This document shows, piece by piece, positions 1 to 9,932 of a stretch of 64,000 bases of DNA. Source of the DNA: Rhizomicrobium sp. (GTDB taxonomy: Bacteria; Pseudomonadota; Alphaproteobacteria; Micropepsales; Micropepsaceae); contig DATJUS010000041.1 in the NCBI GenBank assembly GCA_035502175.1, positions 2,936 to 66,935 on the forward strand. The letters run 5' to 3'. Positions within the stretch are counted from its first letter, which is position 1. Each line of letters starts with the position of its first letter. The position numbers and the translations under genes are program-made. The notes beneath the pieces were generated by a model. That model had not been told where the DNA came from. It worked only from the letters and a program-made list of their open reading frames with translations, and ran no database searches.

Positions 1-884
1 CGCATCGCGCGCGCACGGCCGAGGAATTCGGCCCGATCATCGACCGGATGTTTCCGGATTCCGACCGCGAAGCCGCCTTGAAATCCTATCGGCCGCGCCC
101 GACGGACGTCATCATCTCGCCGTTCGGAAAATGCGGCACGACCTGGCTGCAACAGACCTTTCATTGCCTGCGCACGCGCGGCGATCTGGATTTCGACGAT
201 ATCTCGCGCGTCGTCCCATGGATCGAAACCAGCGTGACGCTCGGTCTCGATATCAACGGCGAACAGGTCACCGATCCGCGCGGCTACAAGAGCCACCTCC
301 CCTATGACGACCTGCCGAAAGGCGCACGCTATGTCGTCTCGCTACGCGATCCGAAGGACGCGCTCGTCTCCATGTACAAGTTCATGGAGGGCTGGTTCAT
401 GGAGCCCGGCACCGTCCCCATGGAGCATTTCGCCCACGGCTGGGCCGCGAACGGGCGTTACTGGCGACACCTCACAAGCTGGTGGGCGCAACGCGACAAC
501 CCGAATGTGCTGCTCTTTTCCTATGAGCACATGTGCGAGGACCCGAAGAGCCATGTGCAGCGTCTTGCACAGTTCTGCGATCTTCCGCTCGACGACGAAT
601 TGCTGCAGCTGACGCTCCAGTACAGCTCGATGCCCTTCATGCTGGCGCACAAGGACAAGTTCGACGATTTCCTGATGCGGCAGAAATCGGAAGAGCTGTG
701 CAACCTTCCCCCCGGAAGCGAGAGCGCCAAGGTGCGCCAGGGCGGCGCCGGTGGTCACCGCACCGCGCTGTCACCCGACGTCGTTGCCATGCTGGATGAG
801 GCATGGACGCGCCTCGCCGCGCCAGCGACAGGCTTTGCGGATTACGCCGCGTTCGAAGCGGCGCTGCGCGCACGACCCGCGTGA
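1..884 (+). CDS. Sulfotransferase domain protein (family 1-like), 5' partial
   Basis: Frame stays open to the window edge upstream of ATG 48; SPFGKCGTTW resembles the 5'-PAPS loop, plus KSHLP and RDPKDALVS (3'-PB) motifs. Confidence 0.85.
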   Translation, partial: HRARTAEEFGPIIDRMFPDSDREAALKSYRPRPTDVIISPFGKCGTTWLQQTFHCLRTRGDLDFDDISRVVPWIETSVTLGLDINGEQVTDPRGYKSHLPYDDLPKGARYVVSLRDPKDALVSMYKFMEGWFMEPGTVPMEHFAHGWAANGRYWRHLTSWWAQRDNPNVLLFSYEHMCEDPKSHVQRLAQFCDLPLDDELLQLTLQYSSMPFMLAHKDKFDDFLMRQKSEELCNLPPGSESAKVRQGGAGGHRTALSPDVVAMLDEAWTRLAAPATGFADYAAFEAALRARPA

Positions 885-891
885 AGAAAGC

Positions 892-2364
892 CTAGTTCCA
901 GCGGAACGAAAACACCTTGCCATCACCGGCGACATAGAAGCGTTTCTGCGTCGCCAGGATCGTCTGATAGTGATGCAGGCCGCTCATGCCCGTTCCCGTT
1001 CCGGGGAACACGACCGCACCGGTCTGCGCGTTGAAGCCGTGAAGCTCATTGTCGCCTTCAGCGCCGGGCACCCACACGATGGCATTGGCAGCGCCGTCCG
1101 TCGTCGTCACGATCGGGCCGCCATTGCTGCCGTTGTATTGCGCGCACCACGCAAACGAGATCGGCGCCTTTCCGCTCGGCGCGACGTTCAGCATCGTGAC
1201 GTTGCTGCCGGAGCAATGGCTGCTTCCGGAGTTCGTGAAAGCGACCATGGTGCTGGTGTCGGTTTCAAAGACCGCAGGTGCGGTGCGAATGGAGCCGTTT
1301 GCCGCCTGCACGACCTGAATCTGTCCGCCGATGCCACCCAAATTGTTGCGGTTTGCGAGATAGGCATTGCCGTCCTTGCCGAACGCGATGACGCGCTTGG
1401 ACGTGCGCTTGCCGTGAATGTCGATCGGCAACGCCTCCGTGCCGCCGAGATCCTCATCGCTGTTGTCGAGGCTCTTCCAGTTCGACGGTGTGAAGAAATC
1501 ATGCGTGTCATCGGAATGCACCAGACCCGGGTGAAGGCGAATTATCGCCTCGCCATCACGCCATTGGCTTCCACTGAATGTATTGCCGGTCGTGATGAAC
1601 AGATTTGTGCCGTCGCCCGCGATGCCGCCCTGCGCCCAGATGCCGCCGCCCGTATCGCGCGTCTGCCAGTTGGCATCGAGCGTCGCGCTGCCCGGATCGA
1701 TCTGCGCGACCGTGCCGCGATAGGCACCGCAATCGCCGAAATGACCGCCGTAGTTCACGTAGAGCTTGTTCTTGAAGAACAGCAGCGCGCTGCGTTCGCC
1801 ATGCACCGAGGAGTCGAACGTCGCACCCTGCCCGGTCAACAATGCCTGCATGTCCAGCGGCCAGCCGCTGACGATCGAACCATCTGCGAGCGACAGCGCG
1901 TAGACCATATGGCGCGCGCCATTGCTGGTCTTGGTCATGGCGTCGAGATAGAGCCGGCCGGATGCGGGGTCGATCACGGGCGTTCCGGTCACGCCCATCG
2001 GATCGATGTTTCCGCAAGGCAGCTGATTCAACGGCATCGGGTTCGCCAATGTTGTCCGCCAGACAATTTTTCCGGACGATTCATTGAGTGCATAGACGGT
2101 GTTGGATTCCGTGGCGACGATCACCAGGCCGCGCTTGGTGCCTTTCGGCTTCCAGAATAACGGTTGCGCGTAGACGTGCCCGCTGATCGTGCCGTCGAAT
2201 TTCGTGTCGCGCTGCATATTCGCGGCGGCAGACAGCGTCAGGCCGGGGATCGTGTAGGCGCCGTCCCGTTGGTTGGAGTTGTGATAGGTGACGACGCTAT
2301 CCGCCAGCGCGGCGATCGGCGTAAATCCGGCAAGAGCCGCCACCATCAAGAAACGCGTTTTCAT
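892..2364 (-). CDS. Secreted PQQ-like/BamB-like beta-propeller protein
   Basis: Signal peptide MKTRFLMVAALAGFTPIAALA; VYALNESSGKIVW and GVTGTPVIDP blade motifs. Confidence 0.75.
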   Translation of the reverse strand: MKTRFLMVAALAGFTPIAALADSVVTYHNSNQRDGAYTIPGLTLSAAANMQRDTKFDGTISGHVYAQPLFWKPKGTKRGLVIVATESNTVYALNESSGKIVWRTTLANPMPLNQLPCGNIDPMGVTGTPVIDPASGRLYLDAMTKTSNGARHMVYALSLADGSIVSGWPLDMQALLTGQGATFDSSVHGERSALLFFKNKLYVNYGGHFGDCGAYRGTVAQIDPGSATLDANWQTRDTGGGIWAQGGIAGDGTNLFITTGNTFSGSQWRDGEAIIRLHPGLVHSDDTHDFFTPSNWKSLDNSDEDLGGTEALPIDIHGKRTSKRVIAFGKDGNAYLANRNNLGGIGGQIQVVQAANGSIRTAPAVFETDTSTMVAFTNSGSSHCSGSNVTMLNVAPSGKAPISFAWCAQYNGSNGGPIVTTTDGAANAIVWVPGAEGDNELHGFNAQTGAVVFPGTGTGMSGLHHYQTILATQKRFYVAGDGKVFSFRWN

Positions 2365-2379
2365 CTCACTTCTCCATTC

Positions 2380-3849
2380 TCAGGGTCCGAACGCGAAGGC
2401 ATAAACCGTATTGTCTGCAGCAATGTAAAACCGCGACTGCGTCGCCACGATCGTCTGGAAACGGTGCAGGCCCGCCATCGCAGGCCCCGTATCCGTGAAC
2501 ACCGGCTGACCGGTCAGAGCATTGTAGCCGTGGAGCAGATTGTCGCCTTCGGCGCCCACCGCCCATACGATCGCATCGGATGCACCATCGGATGTCGTGA
2601 CGATCGGCGCACCCTGGCCGTTGAACAGTGCACACCATGCGACGCTGAGAGGTGTCGTGCTGGATGCGGCCACATTGAGCATTGTGATGTTCTTGCCGCC
2701 GCAACTGCCGCCGCCGCCCGAGGTGAACGCGACCATGGTCTGGGTGCTTGTCTGATAAACCGCCGGTGCCGTGCGGATCGGACCGTTGGCGACCGGCAAA
2801 GTCGCGATCTGGCCACCGATGCCGCCAAGCTTCTTGCGATCGGTCAGATATGCATTGCCTTCCTTGCCGAAAGCGATGAGACGGCCGATCCGCCTGCCAC
2901 CGGAGGCGATTGTGATCGGCAAAGCTTCGGTGCTACCGAGATCCTTGTCGGAACTGTCGAGAGCCTGCCAGTTCGCCGGAGCGAAATAGTCTTTTGACTT
3001 CGTGGAATGCGCGAGACCTGCATGAAGCCTGATAATAGCCTCGCCATCGCTCCAGCTCGATGCATGCGTATTGCCCGTCGTCACGAACAGCGAAATTCCA
3101 TCGCCCGCAATGCCGCCTTGCGCCCAAATCCCACCGCCGCGGGCGCGTGTCTGCCAGTTGGCGACAATCGACGGCGGCGCGGTCTGCACCTGAATGACGG
3201 TACCGCGATAGTTTCCGCAATCGCCCGCGCGACCGGCATAGTTCACATAAAGATTGTTGTCGAAGAACAGCAGCGCGCTGCGCTCGCCCTGTACCGATGA
3301 GTCGAATATCGCGCTTTGCGTGACGAGCGCCGCCTGAACATCCAGCGGCCAGTCCGGCAGAACCGAACCATCCGCGAGCGAGAGCGCATAGAGCATATGC
3401 CGGGGCCCATTCACCGTCGTGGTCAGGGCGTCGAGATAGAGTACACCGGCAGAGGGATCGATGACCGGCGTTCCGGTGATCCCCGCCGGATCGATATTGC
3501 CGCAGGGAAGTGCGCTGTCCGGCACCGATGCCGGAAGCTGCCGCTGCCACACGACGGCGCCCGTCGCCTCGTTGAGCGCATAGACGGCGTTGTTTTCCGT
3601 CGCGACGATCACGTAGCCGCGGTTCGCGCCTTGCGGCCGCCAGAACAGAGGCTGCGCATGAATGTTGCCGCTGACGGTCGCGCTGAACCTGCTGTCGCGA
3701 TGGACATTTGCAGCAGTCGCCAGGGTCAGGCCGTGAACGATGTAGGCGCCGTGGCGCAGGTTGGAATTGTGATAGGTGATGACATCCGCAAAAGCGGCGC
3801 CGGCGAAGGCAAGAACAAATGCGGCGGCCAGGAAAACCCGCTTGCCCAT
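2380..3849 (-). CDS. Secreted PQQ-like beta-propeller protein, tandem paralogue of 892-2364
   Basis: Colinear similarity (TYHNSNxRxGAY, CGNIDP, GERSALLFF, GGGIWAQGGIAGDG); start set at MGKRVF signal peptide. Confidence 0.75.
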   Translation of the reverse strand: MGKRVFLAAAFVLAFAGAAFADVITYHNSNLRHGAYIVHGLTLATAANVHRDSRFSATVSGNIHAQPLFWRPQGANRGYVIVATENNAVYALNEATGAVVWQRQLPASVPDSALPCGNIDPAGITGTPVIDPSAGVLYLDALTTTVNGPRHMLYALSLADGSVLPDWPLDVQAALVTQSAIFDSSVQGERSALLFFDNNLYVNYAGRAGDCGNYRGTVIQVQTAPPSIVANWQTRARGGGIWAQGGIAGDGISLFVTTGNTHASSWSDGEAIIRLHAGLAHSTKSKDYFAPANWQALDSSDKDLGSTEALPITIASGGRRIGRLIAFGKEGNAYLTDRKKLGGIGGQIATLPVANGPIRTAPAVYQTSTQTMVAFTSGGGGSCGGKNITMLNVAASSTTPLSVAWCALFNGQGAPIVTTSDGASDAIVWAVGAEGDNLLHGYNALTGQPVFTDTGPAMAGLHRFQTIVATQSRFYIAADNTVYAFAFGP

Positions 3850-4006
3850 AGAAATCTCCATGCGGCGCTCTCCCAGAACTCTAGCCGACCGCTCGCGGTT
3901 CCGCACCCGCAAATGCTCCCCACTCCCGCAAAAGGCCGTGTTCACGGCATGGCACCACGCTCCATTTGCCTTTCGCCCATGTTGTCCGTTATGGGAACCG
4001 CGACGG

Positions 4007-4082
4007 GCCGGCTTAGCTCAGCTGGTAGAGCACCTGATTTGTTATCATGGGGTCACAGGTTCGAGTCCTGTAGCCGGCACCA
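4007..4082 (+). tRNA. tRNA-Thr(UGU), atypical (U37; C-U mismatch in anticodon stem)
   Basis: 76-nt cloverleaf: acceptor GCCGGCT/AGCCGGC + ACCA, D stem GCTC/GAGC, T arm ACAGG-TTCGAGT-CCTGT, anticodon arm CCTGA-TTTGTTA-TCATG. Confidence 0.9.
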
Positions 4083-4191
4083 GTCACGTCCCGCGCGGGC
4101 CCTGCCAAATCGTTCGGCTAGTCATCGCGAAGGGTGGGAACTAAGCTCACCAAAGAGCTTATCCGAACACACCGAGCATCCATCGCATCCC

Positions 4192-6918
4192 ATGGCGCCA
4201 CCGTCAGACAACATCGACGCGCTGAGCTTGCGAGAACTCCGTGAAAGCGCTCGAGAACTCATGCGGCAAGCCCAGTTTGAGGACGCGGCCGCCTTGTGGA
4301 CACGCATTTCCACCGCAGCGCCGCAGGACATCGAGCCGCGCATGGCAATGGCGCGCATTCATCTGCGCGGCGGCAGGCCGCTCGACGCATTGGACATGCT
4401 TGCGGGCGTATTGCAGGACAAGCCCAATCACGCCGAAGCACGCAAGCTTCGCTCCCGCATCGCGCATGACCAGGTTTCGCGGATCGCGAACAGGCTCGAC
4501 TCCGGAAACGCAAGAGAGCTCGATCTGGCGCTGGAGGCATTGGCGTTGCGCCTTGGCGACGATCCATATCTGGAGCGCGTTCGATCCTACGGCGTCCTGA
4601 TCGCGGCGGCGGAAGAAGCGCCGAAGGAAAAAGAACCCCGCCAAAAAAGCCGCAGCGCCAATCCGCGTCCGACAAGTGATCACGACCTGCCGGCAATTGG
4701 TTTCCTGACTCGCTTGAACGAACTCGGCCGCGACGTGCCCGACAAGGTGCTCGACGATATTCGCCGCCAAGGTATGAGCTTGATGCGCGAAAATGTCTGG
4801 CTGGCACACGCCATTGCCGCATTTCACATCAAACGCGGCGATCTCGAGAGTGCGCGCGCCGCCTATTCCGACGCTCACACGGACGAAGTGGAATTCTGGC
4901 TCGAAGCCGCGGGTCGCGCAGCGGATTGGAAAGACGCCGATTCAGCGCTCGAATTCTGTACACGCGCGTCCCGATGCCCGGATATCGACCGTTCCATGCT
5001 CGGCACGATCTCCGAGAAACTGATCAATGCGAATGCCGCCGATGCAGCCGCTGTCCTGTGGCGCAGCCTGCCCGATTACCGAAACGATGTGACCATTGCG
5101 ATGGAGATCGTCGACCTGCTGGCGAAGACCGAACGGTTCGGCGAACTCGTGGAAGAATGCCGGCGTACGCTCGAATCGGCGGCGCCCTTCGTAGAATTGC
5201 GCGAACTGCAGATGCGCGCGCTCGTCGCGGTCGTCCGCATCCTGCGAAGAGTCGTGATGCGCGAGCGCATGGAGGAGCAGATTGCCCCGCTCTACGGCGT
5301 CGTTCTGGAACGCGACGACGGCTCGGCACTGGCGGCATGGGTTTCGGGTGCCATTGCCAGCGCGAGGATAGATCATGATGCCGCCATCAGGCACTTCGAA
5401 GATGCAAAGAGCCGTGGTCAGCTTCCGAAAAACTTGCGCGTGGATCTCGATGGAGAGATCGCGTTGCTCCACACGCGTCTGCACCGCTACGGCGACGCAC
5501 ACGTCGCGCTGCAACGGATGGCGCCCGACAACATACCATCCGGCGAATATACCGCGCGGCTGAAACGCGTCCGCGACATCGCCGAGTTCTGCGGTCCCGA
5601 TTCTAACCCGCTGTTCCCGGAAAACCTGATCGATATCGTTTTCGAAGAGGTTGCGAAGAAGAAACTGGAATACGAACCTCAGCACGGACACCTGCTGACA
5701 GTGAGTTCTTCGTTGCGGCAAGGCGGCAGCGAGCGACAGACCGTGACAGTTCTGGGCGGACTCGCGGCCGATGCGCGCGTTCGAAAGGCAATCCTGGCGC
5801 TGCGATCCACCGAGGGCGAAGATCGCGCACCCTTTCTTCGGCATGCCCGCGAACTGCCCATTGATCTGGTGTTCTATGGAGAGAATTGGCAGAAGAATTC
5901 CGATCTTCGCGTAGACCTTCCGCAATTGTCGGACCGGCCAAGGCTTGCGGCAGCGATCGATTTCATGCCGAGAATCCTGAAGGAAGATATCGTCCGGCTC
6001 AGCAAGCTCATCCTTTCCGAGCGACCGCAGGCCGTTCATCTGCGGCAAGACCTGTTCGCCGCGGCAATCGCGTGCGCCCTGACAGGCGTTCCCTGTTTTG
6101 CGATTCACCGTGGATCCCTTTCGCCCGATCTGTGGGGGCACGGGGAACTGGAGACAAATCTGCACCTGCGGCCGATGCAACACACCTATCGCCACCTTCT
6201 GGCGCTGCCGAATTTCCTGATGATCAACAATTCGTCGGCCGGGCTGGATACGGACAAGAACTGGACCGGCTCGATCGATAATTCGCGCTTTCGCGTGGTG
6301 CACAATGCGGTCGAATTCGAAAAGCTAGGAAGCAACGCGGAACGCAACAACGGCCTGCGCGCGTCTCTCGGGGTCGGGCCGGACGATTTCCTCATCGGCG
6401 GCGTTTTCCGCGTCACCGCGGTGAAGCGGCCCATGCTGTGGATCGAAACAGCGCGGATCGTCGCGGAATCACGAAGCGACGTTCACTTCGCCATACTTGG
6501 TGATGGCGATATGGGCGCTGCCATGCGCGACTACGCGCACACCCACGGGTTCGGCGACCGGCTTCACATGCCGGGTCTCGTGTCGGATGTTGGCGCGTGG
6601 TACCGCGCACTGGATATCAATCTTCTTACATCCGATCGCGAAGGGCTGCCCAACGTGCTGATCGAAGGACAGCATTTCGGCGTTCCGGCGGTATCTGCGG
6701 ATGTGGGAGGAGCATTCGAGACACTCGATGAAGGTGTGACCGGGTTTCTGATCCCGCCAGACGCCGGTGCGATGGCCTATTCGGACGCGATACTGCGCAT
6801 CCTCGGCGATACCGGGTGGCGGCAGGAAGCAAGAACGCATGGCCCGGCCTTCGTACACGCCAAGTTCGGAATGGAGCGCGCGGTGGACGCCGTGCTCGAG
6901 AGTCTCGGCATGGCCTGA
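4192..6918 (+). CDS. TPR-like repeat + GT4 glycosyltransferase fusion (~908 aa)
   Basis: Helical repeat N-terminus; GGSERQTV GT4 N-motif and EGLPNVLIEGQHFGVP (EX7E) motif; start moved from track 3316 to ATG 4192 because the extension overlaps the tRNA. Confidence 0.85.
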   Translation: MAPPSDNIDALSLRELRESARELMRQAQFEDAAALWTRISTAAPQDIEPRMAMARIHLRGGRPLDALDMLAGVLQDKPNHAEARKLRSRIAHDQVSRIANRLDSGNARELDLALEALALRLGDDPYLERVRSYGVLIAAAEEAPKEKEPRQKSRSANPRPTSDHDLPAIGFLTRLNELGRDVPDKVLDDIRRQGMSLMRENVWLAHAIAAFHIKRGDLESARAAYSDAHTDEVEFWLEAAGRAADWKDADSALEFCTRASRCPDIDRSMLGTISEKLINANAADAAAVLWRSLPDYRNDVTIAMEIVDLLAKTERFGELVEECRRTLESAAPFVELRELQMRALVAVVRILRRVVMRERMEEQIAPLYGVVLERDDGSALAAWVSGAIASARIDHDAAIRHFEDAKSRGQLPKNLRVDLDGEIALLHTRLHRYGDAHVALQRMAPDNIPSGEYTARLKRVRDIAEFCGPDSNPLFPENLIDIVFEEVAKKKLEYEPQHGHLLTVSSSLRQGGSERQTVTVLGGLAADARVRKAILALRSTEGEDRAPFLRHARELPIDLVFYGENWQKNSDLRVDLPQLSDRPRLAAAIDFMPRILKEDIVRLSKLILSERPQAVHLRQDLFAAAIACALTGVPCFAIHRGSLSPDLWGHGELETNLHLRPMQHTYRHLLALPNFLMINNSSAGLDTDKNWTGSIDNSRFRVVHNAVEFEKLGSNAERNNGLRASLGVGPDDFLIGGVFRVTAVKRPMLWIETARIVAESRSDVHFAILGDGDMGAAMRDYAHTHGFGDRLHMPGLVSDVGAWYRALDINLLTSDREGLPNVLIEGQHFGVPAVSADVGGAFETLDEGVTGFLIPPDAGAMAYSDAILRILGDTGWRQEARTHGPAFVHAKFGMERAVDAVLESLGMA

Positions 6919-7193
6919 GCGTTGCCGACGTGCAACTGCGCCACGCTCGTGCACGCTGACGAAGGCCCGACATTTCCGTTGGTTAATGCAAACCGGCCGT
7001 CACCTGTGCGCAAAGACTTGCGTCAAACTTCGGAAAATCGTCTGCAAGCGGAGTTCCCGGCCACAACCGTGCATTTGCATAACGCGCGACGTTTACTTCT
7101 TATCCCTTCAAATCAGGGCATGGCTGCGCTAGTAATCCGACTATTCCGAAGGCCAAACGTTTAATTCGTTAACGAGAGATAGAGCGGAGCCTG

Positions 7194-8195
7194 ATGACTT
7201 ATTTGGTGACCGGGGCAGCTGGCTTTATCGGCTTTCACACCGCCCGGCATCTGCTCGATGCGGGTGAGCAGGTGGTCGGCATCGACAACCTCAACGACTA
7301 TTATTCCGTTGCGTTGAAGACGAGCAGGCTTTCGGTTCTGCGCGAATATCCGAATTTTCGCTTTCACAAAGTCGATATCTCCGATTTCGATGCGTTGAGA
7401 AAAGCGCTCGGCAGCGAAAAAATTCGAAGGGTCGTGCATCTCGCCGCTCAGGCGGGGGTTCGCCACTCGATTCAAAATCCGCACGTTTATATGCAGGCCA
7501 ATCTCGTCGGGCACCTGAATATGCTCGAATTCTGCCGCCACCACGACGCCTTCGAGGCGATGGTCTATGCGTCCTCCAGTTCGGTCTATGGCGGCAACAC
7601 GAAGATGCCGTTTTCTGAAACCGATCGCGTGGATTCTCCGGTTTCGCTTTACGCCGCGACGAAGAAAGCCGACGAGCTGATCTCGCACACCTATTCGCAT
7701 CTCTACGGCATGCCGCTCATCGGCCTGCGCTTCTTCACGGTGTATGGACCGTGGGGGCGGCCCGACATGGCGATGTGGCTGTTCACGCAGGCGATCCTTT
7801 CCGGTAAACCGATACAGGTCTTCAATCACGGCAAGATGAAGCGCGATTTCACCTTCATCGACGACATCGTGAACGGCGTGCTGTTGATCGCCCGCGAACC
7901 GGAAAGAGGCCTGAAAGACGGTTTGAAGCATCGCGTCTACAACATCGGCAACAACAAGCCCGAAGATTTGATGCACATGATCGCCACGCTGGAGTCGGTG
8001 CTCGGCCGCGAAGCGAAAAAGGAAATGCTTCCGCTTCAACCCGGCGACGTTCCCGAAAGCTTTGCCGATATCGACGCCATCCGGCGCGACTACGGATTTC
8101 AACCGAAGACGCCGATTTCCGCCGGCATTCCGGCGTTCGTGGAATGGTATCGGCAATATGGCGCGCGCAGCCCGGAACCGGCCCGGCAGACATAG
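7194..8195 (+). CDS. NAD-dependent epimerase, UDP-glucuronate 4-epimerase-like
   Basis: GAAGFIG, VHLAAQAGVRHS, YAATKKA (YxxxK), RFFTVYGPWGRPDMA. Confidence 0.9.
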   Translation: MTYLVTGAAGFIGFHTARHLLDAGEQVVGIDNLNDYYSVALKTSRLSVLREYPNFRFHKVDISDFDALRKALGSEKIRRVVHLAAQAGVRHSIQNPHVYMQANLVGHLNMLEFCRHHDAFEAMVYASSSSVYGGNTKMPFSETDRVDSPVSLYAATKKADELISHTYSHLYGMPLIGLRFFTVYGPWGRPDMAMWLFTQAILSGKPIQVFNHGKMKRDFTFIDDIVNGVLLIAREPERGLKDGLKHRVYNIGNNKPEDLMHMIATLESVLGREAKKEMLPLQPGDVPESFADIDAIRRDYGFQPKTPISAGIPAFVEWYRQYGARSPEPARQT

Positions 8196-8197
8196 CA

Positions 8198-9847
8198 GTG
8201 TCCGACCTTCAAGAGTCCCTGCAGCGCGCGCGTCAGGCCTACGAAGGCGGAGATTTGGCTCTTTGCCGCCAGTTCCTCGACCAGGCCGCTGCGGTCGATC
8301 CCGAATCCCTGGGCCTCCTGCGATGGCGGGCGCGTCTTGCGCACCGCGAGGGCGACTGGCCCGTGCTTCAGGATGCGGCGCAGCGTTACTGCGAGGTCGA
8401 TCCGGACGACCGCGAAATGCGTCAGTTCCACGCGCGCGCCTGCAGCAACCTGAAGCTTTGGAATGAGGCGACGGAGGCGTGGCAACAGCTGATCGTTCTC
8501 AGGCCGGAATGGCCCGAAGCCTACTTCCAGCTTGCCAGGTCCCAGATCAGAAGTAATTTCGCTTCCGCAGCGAGTGCGACCATCGCGAAACTTGAAGCCC
8601 TCGGCGACAAGGACAGAACCGCATGGCAATTGGGTGGGCGGCTTGCCGTGGAAGCAGGCGACATCGCGCGCGCGATCCGCATGTTTTCGCGCCTGACGGA
8701 ACATGATGCCGCCCGGGTGGAAGACGAATTGCGGCTTTTCGAGAAAGCCAAAGATTATCGCGGTATGCTCGCGGCCGCGACGGCGATGCGTGCGCATGCA
8801 CCGTCTCAAGAGTGGGATGGAAAGATCGCTGCGGTGATGGCAGAGCTCACCAAAAGCGCGGCTCTGCATCAACGCGACGGTGATCTTGTGGATGCCTATC
8901 ACGAGTTTGCGGCCATCGCAGCAGCCTCGAATGACGATCGACTGGCGACCTCCGGCATGGACCGGATCATGTTGACGCTGCGAAACCAGGCCAAACGCTT
9001 TGTCGCGCAGGAAGAACCGCGCAAGGCAATTCACGCCTATCAGACGATCCTTCGCTGTGAGCCCGGGAACGATCGCGCGCTGGTAGGCATGGGTCGTCTT
9101 CTGATGGCGCTGCAGGACTGGCCCTCGGCGATGGGCGCATGGAGCGCAGTCCTCGACAAATCCCCACGGGATCGTGACGCGCTGGTCCAATATGCCCGGG
9201 CCGCCGAGCGGGCGCAGGACTTTCCCCACGCGTATGAGGCGTGGTCCCGCGTTCTGGCCGAAGCGCCCGGCGATCTTGAAGCCGAAGACGCGATCGCCAA
9301 ATTGCCCGCGCGCGCGATCCGCGCCGGCCGCAAGGCCGTCGATGAAAAGCAGCTTGTCGAGGCCGCGCGCCTCTTCGCGACCGTGCCGGAGAACCGCCCC
9401 GAATACGCCGACGCGCGGCGCCGGCTCGATCAGGTGGCGCGCTACCTCGTTCGCGACATGCGCGCGGCGTACAAGGAAAAGAAATTCGCGCAAGTGGTTT
9501 CGCTCGGGACAACAGCCTCCAAGATCGCACCGGAAAGCATAGACGTGCATCGCCTGCTGGCGCAGGCCGCCATGACCAGCCGCGACTACGCCGTCGCCGC
9601 GCATGCATGGAAACGGCTCGCGGTCCTGGTGCCGGAAGATTCGGGCGGGCACGCCCTGCAGATCGCGCGGTGCTATCTGCGCATGGGCAGAACCGAAGAC
9701 GGTCAGGCGATCTTGTCCGACCTGATTCAGCGCGAGCCGGAGAACGAGGCCGCGAAAGCTTTGGCGGCTCAATTCGCAGCGCGCGGCGAGGCAACCACTT
9801 TCATGGGACTGGGCATGGATGGCCCGGCCGATGGTGGGCTGCGCTAG
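8198..9847 (+). CDS. Multi-TPR repeat protein with no recognisable catalytic domain
   Basis: Repeated A..W...L...P helical units along the whole length; GTG start 3 nt after the epimerase stop. Confidence 0.75.
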   Translation: MSDLQESLQRARQAYEGGDLALCRQFLDQAAAVDPESLGLLRWRARLAHREGDWPVLQDAAQRYCEVDPDDREMRQFHARACSNLKLWNEATEAWQQLIVLRPEWPEAYFQLARSQIRSNFASAASATIAKLEALGDKDRTAWQLGGRLAVEAGDIARAIRMFSRLTEHDAARVEDELRLFEKAKDYRGMLAAATAMRAHAPSQEWDGKIAAVMAELTKSAALHQRDGDLVDAYHEFAAIAAASNDDRLATSGMDRIMLTLRNQAKRFVAQEEPRKAIHAYQTILRCEPGNDRALVGMGRLLMALQDWPSAMGAWSAVLDKSPRDRDALVQYARAAERAQDFPHAYEAWSRVLAEAPGDLEAEDAIAKLPARAIRAGRKAVDEKQLVEAARLFATVPENRPEYADARRRLDQVARYLVRDMRAAYKEKKFAQVVSLGTTASKIAPESIDVHRLLAQAAMTSRDYAVAAHAWKRLAVLVPEDSGGHALQIARCYLRMGRTEDGQAILSDLIQREPENEAAKALAAQFAARGEATTFMGLGMDGPADGGLR

Positions 9848-9932
9848 GCGATCCAATTGATACTGTCGCCGTAAACGGCGATCTTCTATGCTCCAACGTA
9901 ACTACCCCTGCAACCCGCGACGTGATCGTTCC

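Noticed and set aside
3316-4191. N-terminal 292 aa of the 1200-aa ORF in the track
   Set aside because: Overlaps the antisense propeller gene and the tRNA; the credible start is ATG 4192
7161-7173. CtrA site before the epimerase, and the 9-mer AATTCGTTA shared with 34075-34083
   Set aside because: TTAA spacing is N4, not N7; a single shared 9-mer is not significant
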